Source: Chloropicon primus (Eukaryota). From it: a stretch of DNA of 64,000 nt. Location: positions 124,001-188,000 of the forward strand of contig CP060760.1 in the NCBI GenBank assembly GCA_023205875.1, given 5' to 3'. Under the pieces are notes generated by a model that did not search any database, was not told the origin of the DNA, and was given only the letters and a program-made list of their open reading frames with translations. Every line of letters starts with the position of its first letter. Positions within the stretch are counted from its first letter, which is position 1. This document shows, one piece after another, positions 1 through 10,145 of the stretch. A program made the translations under genes and the position numbers.

Positions 1-4
1 GGAC

Positions 5-649
5 ATGGAGGTGGACGAGGGGGAAGTGTTGGGGGCGTCGGGGTCTCGGGCTACCAGGGCACGCCGGGGAGGAGTCCTGGACAGCGACGACGACGGGGAG
101 GACGACAAGAAGGGTGTCGCGAAGAAGGAGAAGCCGCTGACAGCCAGGCAGAGGGCGAAGATCAAGTCGGACCAAGAGGAGGAGGAGAGGAAGAGGAAGA
201 AGGAGGAGGAGGCGACCCTTCGGCGGGACAAGGAGGAGAGGGGTGCGAGACCCCTCACTCAGTCTCTCGACCACCAAGGCGGCAAATACAGCCCCATGTT
301 CCTCAAATTTGACGAAACGGACGAAACGGCAGACGAGGGACTGACGGGCGTGGTAGACGTGGATGGCAAGGACCTGGTCGAGAAGGGAGGCGGCTTCGTG
401 CTCTTCCAATTTCCCACAATTCTTCCCCCAAGGATGAAGCAGGGGTCGGGGAAGGTCGGGAAGCTGAGGGTGTACGACGACGGCTCGGCTGAGCTGGACG
501 TGGGTGGTGTGACTCTGGAGGTCTTCCCTGGCACGCTGAGCGACTGCTTTCACCAGGTGGCGATGATGTCAACCAAGGAGGACAAGTGCGTGTTCCTTGG
601 GAACGTCACGAACAAGCAAGTTTGCACGCCCAAGCTGGACGATGTCTAA
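5..649 (+). CDS. RPC4: RNA polymerase III subunit RPC4 (probably 5'-truncated by the window edge)
   Basis: C-terminal RPC4 domain pattern: LFQFPTILP...GKVGKLRVYDDGSAELDVGGVTLEV...CVFLGNVTNKQVCTP. Confidence 0.8.
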   Translation: MEVDEGEVLGASGSRATRARRGGVLDSDDDGEDDKKGVAKKEKPLTARQRAKIKSDQEEEERKRKKEEEATLRRDKEERGARPLTQSLDHQGGKYSPMFLKFDETDETADEGLTGVVDVDGKDLVEKGGGFVLFQFPTILPPRMKQGSGKVGKLRVYDDGSAELDVGGVTLEVFPGTLSDCFHQVAMMSTKEDKCVFLGNVTNKQVCTPKLDDV

Positions 650-718
650 AAAGAACAAGTTTTGTGTGAAGTTTTAGCCACCACGCCCTCCTGGTCGTTG
701 GGGTCGCTTTATTTATTT

Positions 719-3700
719 TTAGAATACACTGCCTTCGCTGGACAAGCCCGGGATGGAAAGGTTGCTCCCCTCCCCCGAGAAGGAGGCTACGGACATCTCT
801 TCGCTCTGGCCAGCCCCCAGCGATGGCCCAGAGTTTTCTTCCTCGCCGTAACCATCACCGTCGTCCTCGTTGAAGCCCCTGATGTCCTCGAGCTCGCTGT
901 AGTTGATATCACTGAGGTCAGAGGGCTCTCCTATCGGGGGCCCGAGTGGAGACCCTTCCGGAGCCTCTGTGGGAAGCACCCCCATCACCCCAGGCTCCCC
1001 TGCCACGCCGAAAGATCCGCCGCTTCCGTCTCTGGGGGAGAGGGAGCCATCGGAGGAGTGGATGTCGCTGTCGACCTCCTCGGCATCCTCGCTCATGTCT
1101 TCCGACGACGATTCCTCCTTTGCCGCCTGCGTCAGGATCTGGGATACGGTCAACGGAGCCGCGGGCTCTTCCCTCCTGGAAGAAGACTTGCCTCCACCAC
1201 CTTCCCTGGCTTGAGGGGACGTGTACGGGGCGACGTGGGGGCTGGGGAAGTTCTCGGAGGGGCTCTCCAGCACTCGTGGAGGCGATGAAACAATTCCCTT
1301 CCCAATCGGTTCCTCCTCTGCTTTCCCTTTGTGAGGAGTACCAGCCTTGATGTCTTCGACAGGGTCTTCCTTGGAGACTACTGGCTCGACCGGCGTACGC
1401 GTCACGGCGGCCTCCTCCTCGCCCCCGGGCACACTCTTGGCTTCAGGGGTCTTCTGCTTCTGCTTCCGAGGCGTTGTCTTGGAGGCCTTGGGCTGTGGAC
1501 TCTTCTTCGGGCTCCAGCTCGGGGAGTAACGTTCCTCCTCCCCCGGCTTCTCACGGGAAGTCAGTCCAGGGCTGTAAGGCTTTGCCGCTGGGTTCAAGGG
1601 CGAGGAGGAAGTCGATCCCCCCTTTGCCTCCTTCTTCTCCTTGGGTGACACCGATTTGGGTAGTACGGCTTCCTTCACAGTTTGCGGGGATTTAGCCCTG
1701 CTTGCCGCTCTGGTCGACGGTGATCCTGCTCGCTTCACGGGTGTTGTGGATGACGAGGCCGCCCCCGTCTCGATACTCACTGCCTCAGAATCTTTGGGTT
1801 TGGGGCTGCTCCTCGCTGCAATAGGCGACTGAGTCTTTCGCTGCCCTTGATCCTCCTCTGCTACCTGCGTTGCTTGGCCCTTTGGGGACGGTTTCGCCCA
1901 TTTAGGCGACGATGATTTCTTGCTGCTGCTTTTCGGGGATGCCCCTGGACTTGCCACACCCTTCGAAGGGATTGGCGATGAGACCTCCTTGCGCTTTCCT
2001 GGAGTCTTCACCGGAGGCGATTGGACTGGCTCCCCTTGCTTCTTCTTCGTCGGGGTTGCCTGGCTCGAGGGGGCCTCGTCCCCCTTCCCGGAATCTCCTG
2101 GTATCTCTATGGGCTTGATCTTCGCAGGAGTGACGATTTTCTCTTCCACCTCCTTCTGCGCAACGACTCCCGCTGCAGCGGGAGATGAGGCTTTCTCCTC
2201 GCCAGGCACCTGGATCGGTGCTTTCGCGGCCTCCTTCAAGACCTTGCTGGATTCCGCTCCTGGTGATGCTGGCACAGCAACCTTGGATGGTGAGGGCCTC
2301 TCCTTTTCCTCGGCGGCCGGCTCGTCAGAGCTGGAGCTGCTGCTGCTCGAAGAAGAAGATTCGGAATGGATCTTGGGAAGGGTGTCCTTGAACTTTGGAG
2401 TTTCCTCCTTTTCTGGAGATGATTCCTTTGCCGTGCCCCAAGACTTCTCCTGAGGAGACGGTGGTGGCTTCAGATCCTCAGAGCTTCCAGACTTGGACTC
2501 CCTCAGGGTGGTCCCGAGCGCGCCCGAAATGTAAGCAGGCACCTCCTGGACTCTCTCTCCCACCAAGGCACCTTCCATGATGGTCTGGCTCTCCTTCACG
2601 TAATCCCTCTCCATGACCTCCTCGCCTTCAGCAGGGCTTTGAGCGATCTCTGCACGGGGAGAAGGCAAAGGCGCAGGTCTGCTGAAATGTGGCCGAGCAT
2701 CGGGTTGGGGTTCCAGCGGCAGTGGGTCCGGCACCCTGCTCGTCCAGCTTCGAGATTTGAACGACTCCAAGCGACTTTTCAATCCATGCTCCAGCTTCTC
2801 GAGCTCTTCGAGATTCACCGCCGTGGAAGTTACAGGAGTCCTCTGGACGAAGGAGGACGAGTCGTCAGCCCGGAGGTATCTGCTGCTGGAATGGCTCCGA
2901 TGCTGGTAGAAGTTGCTATCGAAAGTGACTTGAAGCTCCCTGGCGTAGCTTCTCAGGTCCGAAGCCTCCTTTGACGCCAAGGCAGCCTTCATCTTCGCCT
3001 CCTCCAGTTGGTTCAAGGCCTCTTCTTGGCCATTGGTGGCCTCCTCAACAGCGGCGTTCGCCCGGTGGAGCGCGCTCTGCCACGTGCTCTCCCTCAGCAC
3101 CAGGGCTTCCCTCTCCTTTTGCCAAGAGCTTCTCTCCCGATCAAGTGTCTCCCGAGGTACCAGAGTGTCCGCGTGGATCTCGAGCTGCCTAATCTTTTCG
3201 CGCAGGTCTTCGTTCTCCCTCGTGCGCTCGATCAGCTTCTTTCTCAGGTCCTTGGCTTCCTTTCGAGCATTGGTCAGCATCTCCATTGCGACCTCTGGGG
3301 ATGAAGGCTGGCCGGCTTTGCCCCCAGTGATGTCCAGGGTCCTGGCCTTGAGCAGCCTGGCTTGCTCAAGCTGCTGAGCCGCAAAGTCCAGCAATTTCTC
3401 CGCCTCGATTTGCTTGACCTGGGCCGCGCTCGTTCTCTCGTCAAGGGCCTTCTCTCGCCTCTCGAGGCCCACGCGCCTCTCACCCACCTCGTCCTCGAAC
3501 CTCTCCCTCTCCAACCCCATCTCTTCCCTCTGGCGTGCAATCTCCTTCCTCGATTCGTTTTCCTTGATCTCCAAGGACCTCCACTTCTCCGTGATCCTTT
3601 GCATTGTCTCGAGCTCGCTCTCTTTCAGAGCAGCGAGTCTTTCGCCGTGTATCTTGTCCAGCTCCTCCTTCTCCTTGGCCAGGGACTCCCACGCCTTGGC

Positions 3701-4450
3701 GGATTCTTGAATACGTATCGACCTCGTCTCCATGTCCCTCACCCGGTCGACTTGCGCCTGCACGTCGGCCCTCGAGCGGATCTCCACGTCCCTTCGATAG
3801 TCGCTCATCTTCGTCTCAAAGATGGCCTTCATCGAAGCCCGCTCGGACTCAAGCCTGTCTTGCAGCCTCGACTCGATGCGTTGGACCTCGATGGACACGC
3901 TCTGGCTGCCCTCGGTGACCCCGTGGAGGTCCCAGGTCTGCGTCTCCGCCTCGTGCAGCGGCTTGGCAGAGTTCACTTGAGCCAGAGACTCCAATATCAA
4001 GGTCGACAGACACGAGGACGACGAGGATAGCCCCGGATCCGACGCTTCCTCCGCCCCTTCGCTTCTGCTCTGGATCGCTCGAGCCATCTGCGAGGTCTCG
4101 TCTATCTGAAGCATTTTCATGATCTCCCTCAAAGAAAGGGAGGACGACGACTGAAGGCCGCTCTCCGGAAGGAAAACCGAAAGCGTGTAGTCGTAACCAT
4201 TCCTCTTGAGGTAGTCCGTGAAGAGACTGTCGAGGACCCGAGGTATCAGGCCCTCCCTCGTTCTGCTTTGCCCTCCGACGCTCGTCCTGTCGTTCCCTCC
4301 CGAAAGCTTGGAAAGGATCCGCGTCCTGAGGTGGGACTTGAGGTTGTCCAAGATCCCGCTCGTGTGCAGCTTATCGTAAAGCCCGCGCTTGTACTCCCTC
4401 GCGGACGAAAGGTCCACCCCAACGTGCTCGCCTTGTCGCGTGCCGACCAT
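719..4450 (-). CDS. OFD1: OFD1-like centriole/basal body protein (N-terminal TON1/OFD1/FOP + LisH region, long coiled coil, S/P-rich disordered tail)
   Basis: LYDKLHTSGILDNLKSHLRTRILSKL followed by LisH-like LDSLFTDYLKRNGYDYTLSVFLPES, then ~350 aa coiled coil; 1243-aa open frame. Confidence 0.75.
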   Translation of the reverse strand: MVGTRQGEHVGVDLSSAREYKRGLYDKLHTSGILDNLKSHLRTRILSKLSGGNDRTSVGGQSRTREGLIPRVLDSLFTDYLKRNGYDYTLSVFLPESGLQSSSSLSLREIMKMLQIDETSQMARAIQSRSEGAEEASDPGLSSSSSCLSTLILESLAQVNSAKPLHEAETQTWDLHGVTEGSQSVSIEVQRIESRLQDRLESERASMKAIFETKMSDYRRDVEIRSRADVQAQVDRVRDMETRSIRIQESAKAWESLAKEKEELDKIHGERLAALKESELETMQRITEKWRSLEIKENESRKEIARQREEMGLERERFEDEVGERRVGLERREKALDERTSAAQVKQIEAEKLLDFAAQQLEQARLLKARTLDITGGKAGQPSSPEVAMEMLTNARKEAKDLRKKLIERTRENEDLREKIRQLEIHADTLVPRETLDRERSSWQKEREALVLRESTWQSALHRANAAVEEATNGQEEALNQLEEAKMKAALASKEASDLRSYARELQVTFDSNFYQHRSHSSSRYLRADDSSSFVQRTPVTSTAVNLEELEKLEHGLKSRLESFKSRSWTSRVPDPLPLEPQPDARPHFSRPAPLPSPRAEIAQSPAEGEEVMERDYVKESQTIMEGALVGERVQEVPAYISGALGTTLRESKSGSSEDLKPPPSPQEKSWGTAKESSPEKEETPKFKDTLPKIHSESSSSSSSSSSSDEPAAEEKERPSPSKVAVPASPGAESSKVLKEAAKAPIQVPGEEKASSPAAAGVVAQKEVEEKIVTPAKIKPIEIPGDSGKGDEAPSSQATPTKKKQGEPVQSPPVKTPGKRKEVSSPIPSKGVASPGASPKSSSKKSSSPKWAKPSPKGQATQVAEEDQGQRKTQSPIAARSSPKPKDSEAVSIETGAASSSTTPVKRAGSPSTRAASRAKSPQTVKEAVLPKSVSPKEKKEAKGGSTSSSPLNPAAKPYSPGLTSREKPGEEERYSPSWSPKKSPQPKASKTTPRKQKQKTPEAKSVPGGEEEAAVTRTPVEPVVSKEDPVEDIKAGTPHKGKAEEEPIGKGIVSSPPRVLESPSENFPSPHVAPYTSPQAREGGGGKSSSRREEPAAPLTVSQILTQAAKEESSSEDMSEDAEEVDSDIHSSDGSLSPRDGSGGSFGVAGEPGVMGVLPTEAPEGSPLGPPIGEPSDLSDINYSELEDIRGFNEDDGDGYGEEENSGPSLGAGQSEEMSVASFSGEGSNLSIPGLSSEGSVF

Positions 4451-4833
4451 CTTGGTTTCGTAATGCTTTGGCCAACTCTTGCTCGCTGTCTCTTTTGCTT
4501 TTTTTTTTTTTTTTTTTTTTTATCGCGCGAAATTCAGCCGAACGATAACTCAAAACAGTGGAGAAAACGAGAGCAAGGAGAGTAAGTGCTGGAGGGTGAG
4601 GGTGGAGAACATCAGACCCGTGGCCTGGAGACTGTGGAGCACGGATTGGTTGGATTGGTTCCCTCCAGAGGAGCACGGATTGGATTGGGTGGTGCCAATG
4701 ATTTTCGACGACGGTCCAGGGAACGAAGCTGCCGCCCGGGACTTTTTTATACGAGTAGTTGTGAGTGAAGTGAATGAAACACGTGCAAGACGGGGTTAAC
4801 CGAGAGAGCCTTGAGGTCTGGACCTCGCTCTTC

Positions 4834-5889
4834 TTACTTGGATGGGTCCTTGCTCTGGAAGAAGAGGGAAACTCTCTTCTTGATGTAGTTGTTGATGCGT
4901 GTGCTTTCGTCCCTCGTAGAGTCGTCCTCAGCGCTTGAGTCTTCCTCGATGGCGTCCTCCGAAGTGATGGAGAGGGTGTCGTTCTCGATCGTCATCTCAT
5001 CAGTGTCCTGAGGGGTCGCCTGCTTCTCGTTCGCGTTCTCGTTCTCCTCCCCCTTCTCCTCTTGCTTGGCCTCGCTCTTCACCTCGGCGCAGTAGCTGCT
5101 CGGCTCCCTCGACCACAGGGAGTTCATCTCCTTGTCCACGGCGGCGGCGGCAAGGTTCGGGTCCCCTTGCGCCTCCTCGGCTGCCTGGTCCATCGCCAGC
5201 TTCACGCCCTCGAACGAGACCTCCAGGTTCTTCTTCATCTCCTGGAACTGGGTGTTCACGTTGGAGTTCACGTTCAGAATCATCTTCGTCACCATTTGGA
5301 TCCTCGAGTTCATCTCTTGCAGCATCAGCTCGTAGCGCTCTTGGGTGGAGTCGCTCTGGCTCGCGGGCGCCTGAGCCCCGCCCCCGACCCGAGGGGACGC
5401 GCCCTTGTCGAAGCCGCGCATCTCGTTGTGGTACCTCCTCGCGTAGTAGTGGGACCTCGCCACGTCCTCGCCGCCGTGCATCGCGGAGCCGCGCTCGAGC
5501 TCCGAGGAGGGAATCGATTGGAAGAGGTCCGCGAAGGACTTCTTCCCCAGCTTCCCCCTCTGAGAGGTCGGGTACTGGCTCTCCTTGCTCTCGTCGCGGT
5601 TCACCGGCGACTCGAAGCCGACGTAGCCCTGGGATCTCCTGTACAAGGGCTGGCGGGCCACCATGGTGTTGCTCTCCACCTGTCCCACGAACCTGTGCTT
5701 CGTCTGGATCGAGTTCTCCGTGTTGTAAGTCGTGTTCTGGGACGATTCCCTCCAGATCGAGTTGAAGTGCTGCTGCTGCTGCTGCTGGTAGCGCTGACTG
5801 TTGGCGGTCATCATCATGCTGTCGTCAGAGGCATTCATACTCGCATGAGTCGCCGACGGCGGGGGGTTAATGCACCACGACGACATCAT
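4834..5889 (-). CDS. Hypothetical protein with SQ/TQ-rich N-half, central coiled coil and acidic C-terminus
   Basis: Long ORF with coding-like codon usage; first ATG at 5889 (ORF track starts at GTG 5922). Confidence 0.6.
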   Translation of the reverse strand: MMSSWCINPPPSATHASMNASDDSMMMTANSQRYQQQQQQHFNSIWRESSQNTTYNTENSIQTKHRFVGQVESNTMVARQPLYRRSQGYVGFESPVNRDESKESQYPTSQRGKLGKKSFADLFQSIPSSELERGSAMHGGEDVARSHYYARRYHNEMRGFDKGASPRVGGGAQAPASQSDSTQERYELMLQEMNSRIQMVTKMILNVNSNVNTQFQEMKKNLEVSFEGVKLAMDQAAEEAQGDPNLAAAAVDKEMNSLWSREPSSYCAEVKSEAKQEEKGEENENANEKQATPQDTDEMTIENDTLSITSEDAIEEDSSAEDDSTRDESTRINNYIKKRVSLFFQSKDPSK

Positions 5890-6472
5890 CTCCGTCCCCG
5901 TCTCCTTGAGTCTCTCAACCACCTCTCGTACCTAATCGCGCGTGAGCCAAAAAACCTAACCTAATCGCCGCTCGCAGTGGGAAGAGTGAGAGTGAAACCA
6001 CCTCGCCACCTTTCCCGTTCGTTCGTTTCGTTTCTTTGGAAAAAAAAAAAAAGAAAGCTCCAAAAGCCAAAACGTGTTGCGACACCGCGGTCCTCGTCAC
6101 CCTCCTCGCCGTCCTCGTCGCCGGTCGTGGGATCGCTCTCGCTCACTGCCTCAATCGATCGCGATCGCTTCTTCGGTTTCAGCCGTTTGAAAAAAAATTC
6201 TGGCGCGAACGCACGCTTTGCGTTACACTCATTTTATGATGTTGTTGGACACTGCATTTCCGCCCCATGTGACAGGGGGGCAGGGATCCCAAGGAAAGGA
6301 TTGTGTCTGAGGCTGTCCTGGGTGGAAGGCGGTCTGCGGTCGAGGGCGAGGGTTTGGGGTACCAAGGGCCCAGAACAGGGCATCTGTGTCGAAGCATCGT
6401 GTCGAGATCTTTCTGTTGACTGGTCGGTTGTAGCGAATGACGCCGGATTGAGGATTGGAGCGGCTTGGCAAG

Positions 6473-8548
6473 ATGGAGAGCGTGGCAAAGGTTTGGACGG
6501 GGAAGAGCTCCGGGGACAAGAGCGGCAAGGCGGTGGGAAGTGTCAGATCGGGTGCCCACTGGAGGTCTGCGGTCGACAGGCTCCGAGCTGTGAACTTCAT
6601 GGGGGAGTACAGTAAGGACGCGGGCCGGAGGGAGTACCTGCGCTCTCTCATCAAGAGGGCGAACAAGGGGACAGCAGCTTCCAGGCCAGCGAGCAAGGCT
6701 TCTCGACTGCTGAGGTTCACGCCCTCGACCCTGTACTTTCTCATCCTGGAGAAGGACTGGTGGTTCTGCTGCTTTCTGGCGTCCCTGTTTTACGCCATTC
6801 CAGTTACCATCTTCGGGCTCCTGTCGATGACCTTGGAACTCCAGAACGATACGGCGGATGTGGAGCTCGCCCTGCACGACTACGTCCCGTCCCAAGCCCT
6901 CGTGGCTTTCCGGTTCAGCTCGGCCAACATCATCGGAATGGGTTACGGAACCGTGGTGCCGACTTCGAACGAGGGCTTCTTCCTCGCGATCATCTCGCAG
7001 CTGCTCGGGATCATGATCAACGTGTTCGTCTTTGCGGCGGTGATGGCAAAGTTCCAAAGCCCAAGGGCGGACATCATTTTCTCGGACAAGATCTGCCTGT
7101 TCACGCGAGATGGCGTCCGGCACCTCTGCCTTCGCGTCGGCAACCTCCGATGCCACACTCTGTACAGCCCGTCGCTTCGAGTGTTTGTGCTGAAGGAGCA
7201 AGGGACGAGCGAGGGCGAGGATTTCGTCCAGAGCGTGGAGCTCTCGGTCGAAGAACCTGGAACGGTCAGCGGGTTCTACAACATCACTCACAGGATCGAC
7301 GGGAGTTCGCCCCTGTACGACTTGAGGGCGGAGGACATGAGGGTACCAGACAACATCCTGGCCTTTCAGGTCATCTTCACGGCGGTGGATCCGGTGTATC
7401 AAGCGGAGGTTTGTGCCAAGTGCTCCTACAGCACCAACCAGTTGGAGTTCGGGAAAAGGTTTGGGGACATGATGAAGTACGACGCGCGGGGCAAGCGCTT
7501 CCTGATCGACTTCACGTGCTTCGAGGACTTTGTCGATGCCCCAGAGTACTGGGAGGAGGAAGAGGCCATCTTCATCAAGAAGGACCTCCCGATGGAGAAC
7601 GGGGAAGCCCCGCCGGAGATCGAAGGGGACAAGCCTGGCCTGCTCCTTGGGTTTGGCCGCGAAAGCTTTGGGGATCCCTTGCTCGACGGCGACCTGCCGA
7701 GGGGAGGTCTGAGACCACAGTGCTGCTTCGCCCTGTCGGTAGCCATGACGCTGCTGGAGGCTGGGGACGACTACGAAGAGTACAGATCGGACCTCGCGGA
7801 CAAACCGACCTGGCATGCCAAGGTGGACGAAAAGCTGGAGACGCCGGCTTTGAGGCTGCCGCGCACGTCCGAGTGGCTCGACGGAACGGACCGCATCATC
7901 GAAACCCTTGTGGAGAAGAATGCAAAGGTCGCAGAGCTTGCGAGGTGCGAGCCAGGCGAGGGTTTGGACCCAAGCAATGCCCACTGGGAGGTCCACGCTC
8001 ACGTCTTTGCTCTGTGCCTCGTCCACGCGCCCAAAGCAGTTAAGATGAGAGCGTTCTTCTGGGGAAAGTTCGGTTGCGACGAGGCGTGGCCGGCGCACAA
8101 GTGCGAGGCACATCTGCAATCGGAGGCCATGAAAGTGCTGCGGCGTTGGGAATCCGCGCTAAAGGAAAGGCAGTACCTTTGCGGGTCAAGGCCAGGGCTG
8201 CTCGACTGTCGTGCGGCTCCCAAGCTCTTCTTGGCATTTTCACTCGCGGACTCTGGATTGGGGAACCTCGGGAAGCCCTTCAAGGAGCTCGCGCCTAGGG
8301 CTTTCCACTACCTGAACAGGTTCAGCAAGCGGCCGTCTTGGAAGAGAGCCTACGGCCCAGGGCGCGGCGTTCGAGTCGGGCCGGACATCATCACGGTGAG
8401 GACGCTTGCCAACAAGTTCGTAACGCTTGCCCCGACTACGGTTGATTCGGTCATATTGCCTGCCTTGGAGAAGGCGAGAAACAGGAAAGTCGAGAGGAAA
8501 CCTCGGGAGCGAGCGGAGAGGAGAAACAGCGCGGCCCTGTGCCTCTGA
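6473..8548 (+). CDS. Inward-rectifier K+ channel (Kir) fused to C-terminal DHAR/CLIC-like glutathione transferase domain
   Basis: TM1, pore FSSANIIGMGYG, TM2, MAKFQSP, IIFSDK, LRVGNLR, HRIDGSSPLY, FGKRFGDM (Kir); then QCCFA, DLADKPTW, ETPAL, YLCGSRPGLLDCRAAPKL (GST fold). Confidence 0.8.
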   Translation: MESVAKVWTGKSSGDKSGKAVGSVRSGAHWRSAVDRLRAVNFMGEYSKDAGRREYLRSLIKRANKGTAASRPASKASRLLRFTPSTLYFLILEKDWWFCCFLASLFYAIPVTIFGLLSMTLELQNDTADVELALHDYVPSQALVAFRFSSANIIGMGYGTVVPTSNEGFFLAIISQLLGIMINVFVFAAVMAKFQSPRADIIFSDKICLFTRDGVRHLCLRVGNLRCHTLYSPSLRVFVLKEQGTSEGEDFVQSVELSVEEPGTVSGFYNITHRIDGSSPLYDLRAEDMRVPDNILAFQVIFTAVDPVYQAEVCAKCSYSTNQLEFGKRFGDMMKYDARGKRFLIDFTCFEDFVDAPEYWEEEEAIFIKKDLPMENGEAPPEIEGDKPGLLLGFGRESFGDPLLDGDLPRGGLRPQCCFALSVAMTLLEAGDDYEEYRSDLADKPTWHAKVDEKLETPALRLPRTSEWLDGTDRIIETLVEKNAKVAELARCEPGEGLDPSNAHWEVHAHVFALCLVHAPKAVKMRAFFWGKFGCDEAWPAHKCEAHLQSEAMKVLRRWESALKERQYLCGSRPGLLDCRAAPKLFLAFSLADSGLGNLGKPFKELAPRAFHYLNRFSKRPSWKRAYGPGRGVRVGPDIITVRTLANKFVTLAPTTVDSVILPALEKARNRKVERKPRERAERRNSAALCL

Positions 8549-8767
8549 TTGCCTCTTGTGCAGCGCGTTGTACCCATATAACACAACGTACGTATATATA
8601 TATATATATAGAGAGAGTCCAACCGAGCCCTGTCCCCCTGTCACACCCCCTCCCCGTCCTCGTGTTCGAGTTCTAGGCGATGGATCGGTTTCGCTCCAGC
8701 TCCAGCTGTCTCTTCTTGGATTTGATTTGAGGGACGGGAGCCAGGAGTTTTGGATAACGTTATCGCG

Positions 8768-9943
8768 ATGGAGGCGCCGGGGCGAGGGACGGGGAGGAGA
8801 GTGCTCCGGAGGGGAACACCGGTACCGGGGCGAGGGAGGGGATCCAGGCGAAGCCATGGGGACGCAAGGAGGGAATGCAGGAAAGAGAGGTGGCGCGCGG
8901 CATCGGGGAGTGGTACGTTGTGGGTTTTGAAAAAACGAAAATGAATGGAATGCGTGCATGGGGTTTGTGCTTTGCCCGTGGAAGCGAAAGGAGGCTGATG
9001 GTTGTGGTGGTTTCTCTGTCTCTATCTCTGTCTCTGTCTCTCTGTCTGTTTTTCTGTCTCGCTTGTTTCTCGCGTTGTGTGGCGAAGGCGACGGGGGCGA
9101 CGTGAACGGCGGTCCCTCGCAACGGACGGACGAGGAGGAGAGCAGGAACGACAACGGAGGAGGCGGCTGGTCGGACTGGTTTGCGAACGAGTGGCCCAAG
9201 TACAGCGAGGATGCGTCCACTATCACCATTGCCCTGGCTGCTTCGCTTGCATTTCGAACGTAAGGAACGAGGAGGAAGACGCCGGGTGGGGACTCTTGAC
9301 TGACGCCTTCTTTTGCTTGCACGTCGACGTCCGGCGTTCCAGGTGGATTGCTGAGCCCCGGTACATCCCTTCCCTCTCGATGTATCCAACCTTCAACGTC
9401 GGGGATCGGTTGATTTGCGAGAAGGTCTCGCGTCGCTTCAGTAAGCAGCCGACTGTTGGGGACGTCATCATATTTCACCCCGTCGAGGAGCTCCAGAAAG
9501 CGGGCTACGACGCGAGCGAGGTGTTCATCAAGCGAGTCATCGCGAGAGCAGGGGACACGGTCGAGGTGAAGAGGGGAAAAGTTTACATCAACGGGACACC
9601 AACGAGTGAAGCTTTTGTTGCGGAGGCGCCAAAGTATACGATGAACCCAGTGAAGGTTCCTGAGCATTACGTAAGTTGCCCAGGCGCCGCGGCGTCCTCG
9701 ACACTTCGACTCACACGCCGTTTGCTTCTCTCGCCCCTTGGAACGAAACGGATTGCCGCCATGCAGGTCTTTGTTATGGGGGATAACAGAAACAACAGCT
9801 ACGATTCACACCTGTGGGGTCCTCTTCCCGAAGAGAACATTATAGGCCGGGCCGTCTTCCAGTACTGGCCCCCGGGAAACGTGGGTGTGGTCCAAGGTAG
9901 GAATTCAACTGGGCTTCTCTCGCTTTCTCCTCTTTCTGCCTGA
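8768..9943 (+). CDS. Thylakoidal processing peptidase / type I signal peptidase (4 exons; introns ~8913-9088, ~9260-9342, 9671-9766)
   Basis: [14 protein letters not shown] (catalytic Ser), VFIKRVIA (catalytic Lys), [22 protein letters not shown] introns join the frames; first exon less certain. Confidence 0.85.
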
Positions 9944-10145
9944 GTGCTGACCACCGTCCTCTCCACACGTCGCCAAAGGTCGTGCGAGGGTCTTCGCCGC
10001 TGAGGAGGCCCCAGCCCTTGTAGACTGATGCCCCGCCGCGCGGCGCGGGGGGTCGCCGTCGAGTCACGCTTCTCAAGCAAGAAACTAACAAAATTCATTA
10101 CGTCTATGATTCTTGTAAACATAAAGCACGTCTTCATGGAACCCG

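Noticed and set aside
6179..8119. Long antisense/alternative-frame ORFs (also 46819-48666, 50097-51692, 58436-59755 and others)
   Set aside because: Shadow ORFs expected from high GC3 opposite well-supported genes; no recognisable motifs
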